This document shows, one piece after another, positions 9,143-17,230 of a stretch of DNA of 58,715 bases. A program made the position numbers and the translations under genes. This DNA is from an uncultured Gammaproteobacteria bacterium. Its GTDB lineage: Bacteria; Patescibacteriota; Patescibacteriia; UBA9934; GWF2-40-263. How positions within the stretch are numbered: position 1 is the first letter of the stretch; each line of letters begins with the position of its first letter. Where the stretch lies: contig CAZPPQ010000001.1 in NCBI GenBank assembly GCA_964588505.1, positions 1 to 58,715 on the forward strand, in the 5' to 3' direction. The notes below the pieces were generated by a model. It was not told where the DNA came from. It made no database searches and saw only the letters and a program-made list of their open reading frames with translations.

Positions 9143-9424
9143 TTAAGCTCGATATCGAGCTTGCGTCGTATAAGATTTATTGTACGACTCAATGAAGACA
9201 TCCGCGAGACCGCTTCCCCCCACAAAAATATCGGTAAAATAAACAAGGAGAAGAATCGTGGCGCCAAGCAATGTAATGGCAAACCCAAGCATCACCAGCG
9301 CTTTGATTTCCTCGTCGTCGTTCGCCGCGCCAAGAATAAGGTTCGCGCTGACACCGAGAGCTACAACGATTGGCGCAAGCGCCATCGCCCACCCAAAAAT
9401 TTTAATGGCAAACTCTAACGTCAC
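9143..9424 (-). CDS. small two-TM membrane protein, function unknown
   Basis: Two hydrophobic helices (ALAPIVVALGV..., VMLGFAITLLGATILLLVYF). The track start at 9451 is a TTG inside a repeat unit; GTG 9424 or ATG 9385 are more plausible. A palindrome aagctcgatatcgagctt follows the stop. Confidence 0.45.
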   Translation of the reverse strand: MTLEFAIKIFGWAMALAPIVVALGVSANLILGAANDDEEIKALVMLGFAITLLGATILLLVYFTDIFVGGSGLADVFIESYNKSYTTQARYRA

Positions 9425-9426
9425 AT

Positions 9427-9465
9427 GTCCTCTATGTCTTATAGGGTCCAATACGACCTATAAAC
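9427..9465. repeat. family iii octamer units (gtcttata/gggtccaa/gacctata)
   Basis: gtcctctatgtcttatagggtccaatacgacctataaac read directly between two minus-strand genes. Confidence 0.55.
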
Positions 9466-10723
9466 TCGGTAAATAGTCCGTCGGGTCAACCGGGATTCCT
9501 CCGCGCCTGACTTCAAAATGCAAGTGAGGCCCCGTGCTTAATCCCGCGCCTCGTGTCCCAGGCTTCCCTCCCGAGCGGCCAATCTCCTCTCCACGAGCCA
9601 CAAAATCATCAGCTTTCACGGAAATTTTTGACAAATGGGCATACAAAGTCGCGACGCCATCCGTATGAATAACCATCACATAATTTCCATAAGAGACACC
9701 GGTTCTCGTCCACGCGACATATCCCGGCGCAGCGGATTTTACGATAGTGCCCATAGGTTCGGGAATATCCAACCCGGAGTGTTCAAATAAACGCCGGAAC
9801 GGGTAAGTTGGATCGTGAAACGTGGCCGAAACACCCTTGTACGATGGATCAACCGGCCATGAAAGCACCGAGCTGTTGCCGCTCGCGTCCATGCTCTTTA
9901 ATTTTTGTTGAATGGAATCTTGCAGTTCTTCAATTTGACGGTTGATGTAAGCCTGTTCTTCACGTGTTTCTGCAAGAAGCTGTTTGAACTCGGTCTCTGA
10001 TTCTAGATTTGCGGCAAGCAAGCTGTTTTTGGCGTTTTCCTCGTTTTCGAGCGTCATTTTCTGGGCGAGTAGATCGGATGCCAATTCCTGAAGGCGCGCG
10101 CGCTTCCCTTCCTTTTCCGCGCGTGTCCGTTTCGCGTCGTCTTTTTCGGTTTTGACACGCGCCAACGTGTCGGATAAATCGTCGGTTATATTTTGAAGCG
10201 ATGCCAGCCGCTCGAATAATTCCGCGAAAGAATCCGTCCCGAAAAATAACCGAAGTCCGAAATCATCATCATACGCGTTCATTTTTACGAGAATGGCCTC
10301 AAGACTTTCTCGGTCTCTCGCAAGCCGCGTCTCAAGATCTCCGACGCGCAAATTCAAAATTTTTATTTCGGTCGCGACGGCTTTGTGCTTTTCTTGCGTT
10401 GACCGGAGCGTCAGCCGTGTTTCTTCCATGCGATTGAAAAGAATCTCCAGCTCATTCTGCAACGATATGCTTTTTGACTGCAATTGTATAAGACGCGTTT
10501 TATAATTCGCGATCTGTTTCTCCAAATCATTCGATGCCGCCTTCCGATCCTTCACTTCCCTTTGCAGTTCCTCCATTTCCTCAATCGCAACCGCACTTTG
10601 AATTTTTGAGGTGCGCTCCGGAACGACTTCAGACGCAAAAACAGAAAATCCCCGGCCCACCAATAAAAGCGAGCCGACAATAAATGTCAAAAAAGTTAAT
10701 TTTGAGATTGAAGCATTACGCAT
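9458..10723 (-). CDS. M23/LytM-family peptidase with long coiled coil (EnvC-like)
   Basis: C-terminal motifs HTDGVATLYAHL and GPHLHFEV, N-terminal TM, about 250 aa of coiled coil. ATG 10723 was chosen because the track start at 10852 overlaps gltX by 121 nt. Confidence 0.85.
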   Translation of the reverse strand: MRNASISKLTFLTFIVGSLLLVGRGFSVFASEVVPERTSKIQSAVAIEEMEELQREVKDRKAASNDLEKQIANYKTRLIQLQSKSISLQNELEILFNRMEETRLTLRSTQEKHKAVATEIKILNLRVGDLETRLARDRESLEAILVKMNAYDDDFGLRLFFGTDSFAELFERLASLQNITDDLSDTLARVKTEKDDAKRTRAEKEGKRARLQELASDLLAQKMTLENEENAKNSLLAANLESETEFKQLLAETREEQAYINRQIEELQDSIQQKLKSMDASGNSSVLSWPVDPSYKGVSATFHDPTYPFRRLFEHSGLDIPEPMGTIVKSAAPGYVAWTRTGVSYGNYVMVIHTDGVATLYAHLSKISVKADDFVARGEEIGRSGGKPGTRGAGLSTGPHLHFEVRRGGIPVDPTDYLPSL

Positions 10724-10731
10724 GATGGCTC

Positions 10732-12189
10732 TTAAAGAGATGTTGCCGCGGATGTGAGACGGCTGATCGTTTCGTTTTTCCCAAGCACCCAGGCGAGCTC
10801 GAATGGACTCGGGCTCGCCACGCGGCCGGAAAGCGCGACGCGCATAGGCCACAACACGTTGCCGTTCTTTAATTCCTTCTCTTTAATGTACCCCAACACG
10901 CGCTTCTCTAGCAATGCGACGGAATCAAAAACCGCTTCGGACTCTGAAAATAAAAGCGAGATCATCTCCTCGAGATTCTTTTTTGCATCAGCCGCATCGG
11001 CTTTTTTCCACACAAGCAAAGTCGGATCGTAAGATGGAACGGCAAGATACCCGTCAACGCGTTCCGCAATGTCCGCGAGAAGTGTCATGCGTTCCCTCTC
11101 GACCGCGCAGATTTTCTTCAGCGTCCAGGCCGGCACCTCCCTCTTTGCTGCGGCCAAAAATGGTTTCACTGATTCCACGAGTTTGTCCACTGACAATTTT
11201 CGAAGATACTGTTCATTCATCCACTTGAGTTTTTCAATATCGAACACTCCCCCCCCTTTGTTCACTTTTGACAAATCAAACAATTCAATCATTTCTCCAC
11301 GTGAATACATCTCCCGATCCCCTGTCGGATTGTATCCAATAAGCAGAATGAAATTGACAAGCGCCTCCGGCAGATATCCCTTCACAAGATAATCCTTTAC
11401 AGCGACATCGCCTTGGCGTTTAGAAAGCTTTGTCTTGTCAGGATTCAGGATAAGCGGGAGATGGGCGAATTCCGGAGCTTTCCAGCCGAAAGCCTCATAA
11501 AGTTTCAAATGTTTCGGGAGCGAAGAGAGCCATTCTTCACCGCGAATCACGTGCGTGATTTCCATCAGATGATCATCCACAACCGAAGCAAGATGGTACG
11601 TCGGGTACCCGTCGCTTTTCAAAATGATGAAATCCTCTTGGTCCGCGTTTGGAAATCTTACTTCCCCGCGGATGATATCCTCACCCTTTGTGAATCCGTC
11701 TCTTGGCATCTCAAATCGGATCGCGTGAGATTCTGTTTTTGCGCGGGCCGCCGCGTCTTCTTTTGAAATATCCTTGCAAGGATCCGGCTTGCGCGCGCGC
11801 GATAATGCATATTCCTCTTGTCGCGTTTCCAATGTCTCTTTTGTGCAAAAACAATAATGGGCAAGGCTGTTTGTCATAAGTTTTTCCGCATGCTCGCGAT
11901 ACAAAGCCAAACGTTGGGACTGGAGGTACGGTCCGTGCGAACCGATCTGAACAACCGCGCCGTCTTTGAGCATCGGACCTTCATCGTAAGAGATGCCTGA
12001 TTGAGAAAGCGCATCAACCAATTTTTCAACCGCTCCTGGAACAAGCCGCTCGCGATCCGTATCCTCGATTCGCAAAATGAATGCGCCATTATTTTTTTTG
12101 GCAAATAAAAAATTGTAAAGCGCCGTGCGCAGTCCGCCGATGTGGAGATAACCTGTCGGAGACGGGGCGAAGCGTGTGTGGATGGACAT
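10732..12189 (-). CDS. gltX: glutamate--tRNA ligase
   Basis: Class I motifs PTGYLHIGG (HIGH) and KLSKR (KMSKS). Confidence 0.95.
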   Translation of the reverse strand: MSIHTRFAPSPTGYLHIGGLRTALYNFLFAKKNNGAFILRIEDTDRERLVPGAVEKLVDALSQSGISYDEGPMLKDGAVVQIGSHGPYLQSQRLALYREHAEKLMTNSLAHYCFCTKETLETRQEEYALSRARKPDPCKDISKEDAAARAKTESHAIRFEMPRDGFTKGEDIIRGEVRFPNADQEDFIILKSDGYPTYHLASVVDDHLMEITHVIRGEEWLSSLPKHLKLYEAFGWKAPEFAHLPLILNPDKTKLSKRQGDVAVKDYLVKGYLPEALVNFILLIGYNPTGDREMYSRGEMIELFDLSKVNKGGGVFDIEKLKWMNEQYLRKLSVDKLVESVKPFLAAAKREVPAWTLKKICAVERERMTLLADIAERVDGYLAVPSYDPTLLVWKKADAADAKKNLEEMISLLFSESEAVFDSVALLEKRVLGYIKEKELKNGNVLWPMRVALSGRVASPSPFELAWVLGKNETISRLTSAATSL

Positions 12190-12204
12190 AGAAAGGCATT
12201 AAAA

Positions 12205-12248
12205 GCTCTAGGGATTTAGGCTCTAGGGATTTAGGCTCTAGGCTTTAG
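12205..12248. repeat. octamer array, GGNNNTAG orientation (ggctctag/ggatttag x5)
   Basis: gctctagggatttaggctctagggatttaggctctaggctttag, immediately 3' of the GT26 gene. Confidence 0.85.
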
Positions 12249-12256
12249 TCCTCAAC

Positions 12257-13144
12257 TTAATTCCCGACCTCTGACTTCTCCTCTTTATGAAATACTTGTC
12301 GGAAAATTTCCGGGACCGCGCGACGAAACGCGCGCAAGAAGATTCGATGCTTCAGTGTACTCCAAACGACCGCGGCTGGAAAGACGAGGATGGCGTTCCA
12401 GATCCTACGAAATCGTTTTGGTTCTTGCGCTAAGCGCCACACCCACTCGAGTCCGGATCGGCTCATCCATGCCGGAGCACGGGCAATCGTTCCGCTTTGC
12501 ACGTCGAACGCGCCGCCGACCCCGATGCCGATGCGCAGTGATGGAAGTAATGGAGCAACGTGGCATAAAAAGAATTCCTGCTTTTTCTGTCCGAGCCCGA
12601 CGGCGAGCACATCCGGAGCTTCGTTTCGGAGTCGAGTCATGATACCTCCCCATACCCCCTTCTTGGCAGGAGGGGGCATTTCTTGCATTCCTCCCCTGCC
12701 AAGGGCAGGTAAGCAGGGGTCGCCTAACTCGACCACTCCCGGATCGAATCCAAACACGCGAAGCGACGGAAACTTGGTTTTCAAAAATACAGCTGCTTTT
12801 TCCGCGCTTCCTGGTAAGCCTCCGACAAGCCCGAGCGTCTTCCCTTTCTCTGTACAAAGTTTCGCGAGCAGAAAAAGCGTGTCCGTTCCTGTATGCCGAT
12901 GTTGAAGAAGGTTTGGCGTGAGCGCCGCAATGGCAAACCGCATTCCGACCCCGTCTGGAAGAGCCAGGTCGGCTTTATGTAACAATTCATAAAATTCTTC
13001 GTCTTCCCTTGCCTGCAGTAAAAACTCCGGATTCAAAGTTGTGATAAGATGGAACGAAGGCGAGGCAAGATCATCTGAAAGAATCTCTAAAAGTCCAGCG
13101 AGAGGGATATCATCAATTTTTACGCCAAAAATTTCGTGTTTCAT
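12257..13144 (-). CDS. WecB/TagA/CpsF-family (GT26) glycosyltransferase
   Basis: 295 aa. N-terminus FGVKIDDIPL and C-terminus GLEWVWRLAQEPKRFRR are typical of GT26. Contains an apparent ~30-aa insertion encoded by a palindromic stretch (12662-12704). Confidence 0.75.
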   Translation of the reverse strand: MKHEIFGVKIDDIPLAGLLEILSDDLASPSFHLITTLNPEFLLQAREDEEFYELLHKADLALPDGVGMRFAIAALTPNLLQHRHTGTDTLFLLAKLCTEKGKTLGLVGGLPGSAEKAAVFLKTKFPSLRVFGFDPGVVELGDPCLPALGRGGMQEMPPPAKKGVWGGIMTRLRNEAPDVLAVGLGQKKQEFFLCHVAPLLPSLRIGIGVGGAFDVQSGTIARAPAWMSRSGLEWVWRLAQEPKRFRRIWNAILVFPAAVVWSTLKHRIFLRAFRRAVPEIFRQVFHKEEKSEVGN

Positions 13145-13179
13145 AAATCCCTAAATCCCTAACTCCCTAGAGCCTTTAG
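13145..13179. repeat. octamer array, CTANNNCC orientation (inverted relative to 12205-12248)
   Basis: aaatccctaaatccctaactccctagagcctttag, immediately 5' of the GT26 gene. Confidence 0.85.
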
Positions 13180-13206
13180 TCTTTTGAATCATCCTATCGA
13201 ATCCGC

Positions 13207-13235
13207 TTGACTTTTCCAAATTAGCACTCTATCAT
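13207..13235 (+). promoter_or_regulatory. sigma70-type promoter of clpB
   Basis: TTGACT, 17-nt spacer, TATCAT. The -10 hexamer lies inside the CIRCE spacer. Confidence 0.6.
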
Positions 13236-13247
13236 AAGGAGTGCTAA
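13221..13247 (+). promoter_or_regulatory. CIRCE operator (HrcA binding site)
   Basis: Exact match to the consensus TTAGCACTC-N9-GAGTGCTAA: ttagcactc tatcataag gagtgctaa. Confidence 0.9.
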
Positions 13248-13260
13248 GAAGAACTTACAG

Positions 13261-13286
13261 GTGATAGGTGTGAGCTTATAGCTTAT
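13261..13286. repeat. octamer units gtgatagg/gcttatag flanking F2 copy A (left)
   Basis: gtgataggtgtgagcttatagcttat read directly. Confidence 0.6.
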
Positions 13287-13447
13287 GGGGCTGTCGCCGA
13301 ATGTGCTTTTGAAGCGAAATGGCTGAATTTCGAGACAGAATCGTTGAATAAATTTTGAGGTTTATCAGTAGATAAGCCGAAAAATTTTGAAACGATTATG
13401 ACCGAAATTCAGACATTACAGCCAAAATGACATTCGGCGACAGACCC
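13287..13447 (+). repeat. F2 long-hairpin (MITE-like) element, copy A, 161 nt
   Basis: Terminal inverted repeats ggggctgtcgccgaatgt / acattcggcgacagaccc. Internal pairings ctgaatttcg/cgaaattcag and aatcgtt/aacgatt. About 93% identical to the copy at 21912. Confidence 0.85.
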
Positions 13448-13472
13448 TTTATAGGAAAAAAAGGAGAATTTT

Positions 13473-13506
13473 CTCCTATAAGCTATTCCCTATAACCTAT
13501 AAGCTT
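13473..13506. repeat. octamer array cctataag/ctattccc/ctataacc (right flank of F2 copy A)
   Basis: ctcctataagctattccctataacctataagctt read directly, 16 nt before the clpB ATG. Confidence 0.75.
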
Positions 13507-13521
13507 GTCCCAACATCTATT

Positions 13522-16185
13522 ATGATGCCTAACAATTTCACTTTAAAATCCCAAGAAGCTCTTCAGCAAGCGCATTCCATCGCGCTTGAAAACGGCCAGC
13601 AAGCCATGGAACCGATCCATTTGCTCGCTTCCCTGCTTGATCAAGAGGACGGCGTCGTTGCCGCGATCGTGAACAAAATTATGGGAAATGTCGGCGAGTT
13701 GCAGGATCGCGTGCGCCGCATCCTCGGATCTCTTCCGCAGGTCGAGGAACTCTCCGGCGGCTTGGGCCAGCTCTATCTTTCCCCGGATACAGTTTCTGTT
13801 TTAACACAAGCCGGAAAAAAAGCAAAACAATTTCATGATGAATTCATCTCGACTGAACACTTGCTTCTTGGTTTGATGACAAACAAAGCTGTCGGGCATT
13901 TGCTCGAAGGGTTTACGCTCACAGAGGAGACGGTGATGCGCGCACTCAAAGATATTCGCGGAAACCAGCGCGTGGATTCGCAAGAGCCAGAGTCGCGCTA
14001 TCAGGCGCTCGAACGCTACAGCAGAAACCTCACGGATGCCGCGCGTGCCGGAGAGCTTGATCCGATTATCGGTCGCAATATGGAAATCCGCCGCGTGATG
14101 CAAGTGCTTTCGCGCCGCACAAAAAATAATCCGGTTTTGATCGGCGAAGCCGGAGTCGGAAAAACCGCAATCGTCGAAGGTCTTGCGCAACGCATTGCCG
14201 CAGGCGATGTTCCTGAATTATTAAAGGAAAAGAAAATCGCCTCTCTCGATATCGGGGCCATGGTCGCCGGAACAAAATTCCGCGGCGAATTCGAAGAACG
14301 CCTCAAGGCCGTGATCAAAGAAGTCGAAGAATCAAACGGCAAGATCATCCTTTTTATTGACGAACTCCACACACTCGTCGGTGCCGGCACGACCGAGGGC
14401 GGCTCCCTGGACGCGAGCAATATGCTGAAGCCGGCTTTGGCGCGCGGCAAGCTTCATACGATCGGCGCAACGACCATAAAGGAATATCACAAGCACATCG
14501 AAAAAGATCCGGCTTTTGAACGCCGTTTCCAACCGGTTTTGATCGAAGAGCCGAGTCTTGAGGACACGATCGCCATCTTGCGCGGCATCAAGGAAAAATA
14601 TGAGGTTCATCACGGCGTGCGCATCAGCGACCCTGCCATTGTTTCCGCGACCGAACTCTCTTCGCGCTACATCGCGGACCGTTTCCTACCTGATAAGGCG
14701 GTTGATTTGATTGATGAGGCCGCGTCGGCCATGCGTATGGAGATTGATTCGATGCCCGAGGATCTGGATAAGTTGAAACGCGACGTGACGCGCCTAGAAA
14801 TCGAACGCAAGGCTATGCAAAATGAGGAAGACAAGGAATCCAAGGTGCGGCTCAAAGAGATCGAAAAATTGCTCGCGAACCTGAAAGAAAAAGCCGACGC
14901 GCTCGAAGGCAAATGGAAAAATGAAAAAGAAAAGATCACGGAAATCCAGACGCTGAAAGGCTCTATGGAAAAAATGCGCGGCGAAGCCGAGTTGGCTGAA
15001 CGCCGCGGGGATTTGGAAGCTGTGGCGAAAATCCGTTATGGAACCATCCCGGCCGAAGAGAAAAAACTCCATTCTGCGGAAAGTGCGCTGACAAAACTGC
15101 AACACGACCGCGGCATCTTGAAACAGGTCGTGACGGAAGAGGAAGTCGCGAGCGTTGTTTCGCGTTGGACGCACATTCCGGTCTCCAAAATGCTCGAATC
15201 CGAATTAAGCAAATTGGCGCGCATGGAAAATGAATTAGGCAAACGAGTGGTCGGACAAAACGAAGCCATCAAAGCCGTGAGTAACGCACTCCGCCGTTCG
15301 CGGGCAGGAATTGCCGAAGAGAACCGGCCGATCGGATCGTTCATTTTCCTCGGCCCGACAGGCGTTGGAAAAACCGAACTCGCTCGCGCACTGGCCGAAT
15401 TTATGTTCAACGACGCGACGGCGCTCATCCGACTTGATATGTCCGAGTATATGGAAAAACACGCCGTATCAAAAATCATCGGTTCGCCGCCAGGATATGT
15501 GGGGTATGAAGAAGGCGGCCAACTGACGGAAATCGTGCGGCGCAAACCGTACAGCGTGCTGTTGTTCGACGAAATTGAAAAAGCACATCCGGACACGTTT
15601 AACGTCCTTCTTCAGATTTTGGACGAGGGGCATCTGACGGATGCCAAAGGCCGGCGCGTGAATTTCAAGAACACGGTTATTATTATGACAAGCAACATCG
15701 GCTCGGACATCATCCTGAACGCCGGAAAAGAAATGACCTCCATTGGATTTTCAAAACTGTCGGAAGCGAAATCAAAGGATGAAGAAATCCGCGAACGGAT
15801 CTTGGGTATGCTGAAGGATCACTTTAAGCCCGAGTTTTTGAACCGCGTGGACGAAACCATTGTGTTCCATTCACTTACTGAAGAAAATATCGGAGAAATT
15901 GTCGAGCTTCAGCTTGAGCGCGTTTCCGTGCGTCTCAAAAAACAGCGCGACATCGCAATCAGCGTTACGCCTGCGGCGAAAAAATTGTTGGCGCAAAAAG
16001 GCTTTGAGCCCGCGTACGGCGCCCGTCCGTTGAAGCGCGTGATCCAATCTCTTATTCTCGACCCGCTCTCGATGAAAATCATCACCGGCGAAGTCCGCGA
16101 GGGGCATCAGGTTGAAATTGAAGAAAAAGAAAATGAAATTCTGATCGGAGAAAAACGAAAAACTCGGATATTGGCTCATGCCTAA
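13522..16185 (+). CDS. clpB: ATP-dependent chaperone ClpB
   Basis: 887 aa with two AAA+ modules ([16 protein letters not shown]) and a middle coiled-coil domain. The stop TAA lies inside a cctaacgc repeat unit. Confidence 0.95.
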   Translation: MMPNNFTLKSQEALQQAHSIALENGQQAMEPIHLLASLLDQEDGVVAAIVNKIMGNVGELQDRVRRILGSLPQVEELSGGLGQLYLSPDTVSVLTQAGKKAKQFHDEFISTEHLLLGLMTNKAVGHLLEGFTLTEETVMRALKDIRGNQRVDSQEPESRYQALERYSRNLTDAARAGELDPIIGRNMEIRRVMQVLSRRTKNNPVLIGEAGVGKTAIVEGLAQRIAAGDVPELLKEKKIASLDIGAMVAGTKFRGEFEERLKAVIKEVEESNGKIILFIDELHTLVGAGTTEGGSLDASNMLKPALARGKLHTIGATTIKEYHKHIEKDPAFERRFQPVLIEEPSLEDTIAILRGIKEKYEVHHGVRISDPAIVSATELSSRYIADRFLPDKAVDLIDEAASAMRMEIDSMPEDLDKLKRDVTRLEIERKAMQNEEDKESKVRLKEIEKLLANLKEKADALEGKWKNEKEKITEIQTLKGSMEKMRGEAELAERRGDLEAVAKIRYGTIPAEEKKLHSAESALTKLQHDRGILKQVVTEEEVASVVSRWTHIPVSKMLESELSKLARMENELGKRVVGQNEAIKAVSNALRRSRAGIAEENRPIGSFIFLGPTGVGKTELARALAEFMFNDATALIRLDMSEYMEKHAVSKIIGSPPGYVGYEEGGQLTEIVRRKPYSVLLFDEIEKAHPDTFNVLLQILDEGHLTDAKGRRVNFKNTVIIMTSNIGSDIILNAGKEMTSIGFSKLSEAKSKDEEIRERILGMLKDHFKPEFLNRVDETIVFHSLTEENIGEIVELQLERVSVRLKKQRDIAISVTPAAKKLLAQKGFEPAYGARPLKRVIQSLILDPLSMKIITGEVREGHQVEIEEKENEILIGEKRKTRILAHA

Positions 16186-16212
16186 CGCCCTAAATTCCTC
16201 ATTTCCTTAAAG

Positions 16213-16245
16213 AACCGGCGATTGACAAAATCGTCGGTTTCTGTT
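16213..16245 (+). terminator. rho-independent terminator of clpB
   Basis: Stem aaccggcgat / atcgtcggtt followed by tctgtt. Overlaps the next promoter. Confidence 0.55.
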
Positions 16246-16250
16246 ATATT
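16222..16250 (+). promoter_or_regulatory. sigma70-type promoter with extended -35 TTGACAAAAT
   Basis: TTGACA, 17-nt spacer, TATATT. Confidence 0.65.
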
Positions 16251-16314
16251 AAGCGCTCGGTCATGGGGACCGATGCGGCTGTTTTCCTTGTTTTTTCGTT
16301 CAGGAGGTTCAAAA

Positions 16315-17067
16315 ATGAGTGTGCGCTTGCTTGAAAAGGAGTGCTTCAAGGGCGCTCCGAACATCAAAAAGCGTATGATGGATCGCCGCGCGAACCGTAG
16401 CGAGCGCCGCCTTGCCAAGATGGCGCTCGCACAGGCCATTTCGGCCCGCATTGCCTTTCAAGGTTCAAAGCGGATGAAGCCGGAGCCACCGGTGTTCTAC
16501 GATCCTCACCTCGATATTTATTTTCAGTTCGATCCGAGTGTCGGGGACTTCATCGCGGTTCCGTGGCCGAAACCGGAAGGAGATATGCTGTTCCTTGCGA
16601 ACGAGCGGTTCGATGGGTTCGTCCATCCGATCAATACCAAAACAGTGGACGGAATGCAGGGCAATCGCATCAACACCATTCACCGCTGGCTGCGCACCTT
16701 GAACGGCAAATCGTGGATCGAGGTCTACTCAATTCTCAGATCTCGTTTCAACCACGGGACATATTTCCTGTGGTGCCGGAATGTCCGCGAATTCGGTCGC
16801 GAAGTCGAGGCCGCGGACAAGGACGATGAGTTCATGGAGTTCTACATCGAGGACGGCATCTTCCGCTGCCATCCGCGCGTGTCCATGAAACACATGGACA
16901 CGGTCATCGAGAAGCCGACAAAGCTCTCGGTAGCGAAGCGTCTGGAGGCAAAAGCGGCTCGTGAAGAGAAGTACAAGAAATCGTTTCGCGAGAAACGATT
17001 CATCATCTCGCACCGCAAGGCCAAGCGCCAAAAACAAGTACCTCTTCAAGAAGCCGTTGCCGACTAG
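16315..17067 (+). CDS. hypothetical protein (250 aa), Arg/Lys-rich termini, no recognised domain
   Basis: ATG at 16315 with AGGAGG ending 7 nt upstream, in frame with track ORF 16222-17067. Has its own promoter and a downstream hairpin. Sampled 60-nt lines are GC-richer than neighbouring genes. Confidence 0.6.
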   Translation: MSVRLLEKECFKGAPNIKKRMMDRRANRSERRLAKMALAQAISARIAFQGSKRMKPEPPVFYDPHLDIYFQFDPSVGDFIAVPWPKPEGDMLFLANERFDGFVHPINTKTVDGMQGNRINTIHRWLRTLNGKSWIEVYSILRSRFNHGTYFLWCRNVREFGREVEAADKDDEFMEFYIEDGIFRCHPRVSMKHMDTVIEKPTKLSVAKRLEAKAAREEKYKKSFREKRFIISHRKAKRQKQVPLQEAVAD

Positions 17068-17102
17068 GCTCGCGGACTAGTCATCGGCGGCTCAACCTCT
17101 TC

Positions 17103-17129
17103 CCCGACACGGATCCACTCCGTGTCGGG
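17103..17129 (+). terminator. GC-rich hairpin after the orphan gene (no U-tract)
   Basis: cccgacacgg atccact ccgtgtcggg, a perfect 10-bp stem. Confidence 0.4.
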
Positions 17130-17195
17130 CGCAGTACGAGATTCGAGAGCATTCAGCTCGCGACACTCGAAAATGCGGGGGTATTGGCCTCAAAT

Positions 17196-17224
17196 TTGAC
17201 AAAATCTGCCGGATATGGTATAAA
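17196..17224 (+). promoter_or_regulatory. sigma70-type promoter with extended -35 TTGACAAAAT
   Basis: TTGACA, 17-nt spacer, TATAAA. Confidence 0.65.
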
Positions 17225-17230
17225 TACGGT

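Noticed and set aside
9143-9451. VirB2/TrbC-type pilin assignment for the small two-TM protein
   Set aside because: Only the general two-helix topology fits. There is no diagnostic motif and no linkage to the ATPase pair about 41 kb away, so it is annotated as a generic small membrane protein.
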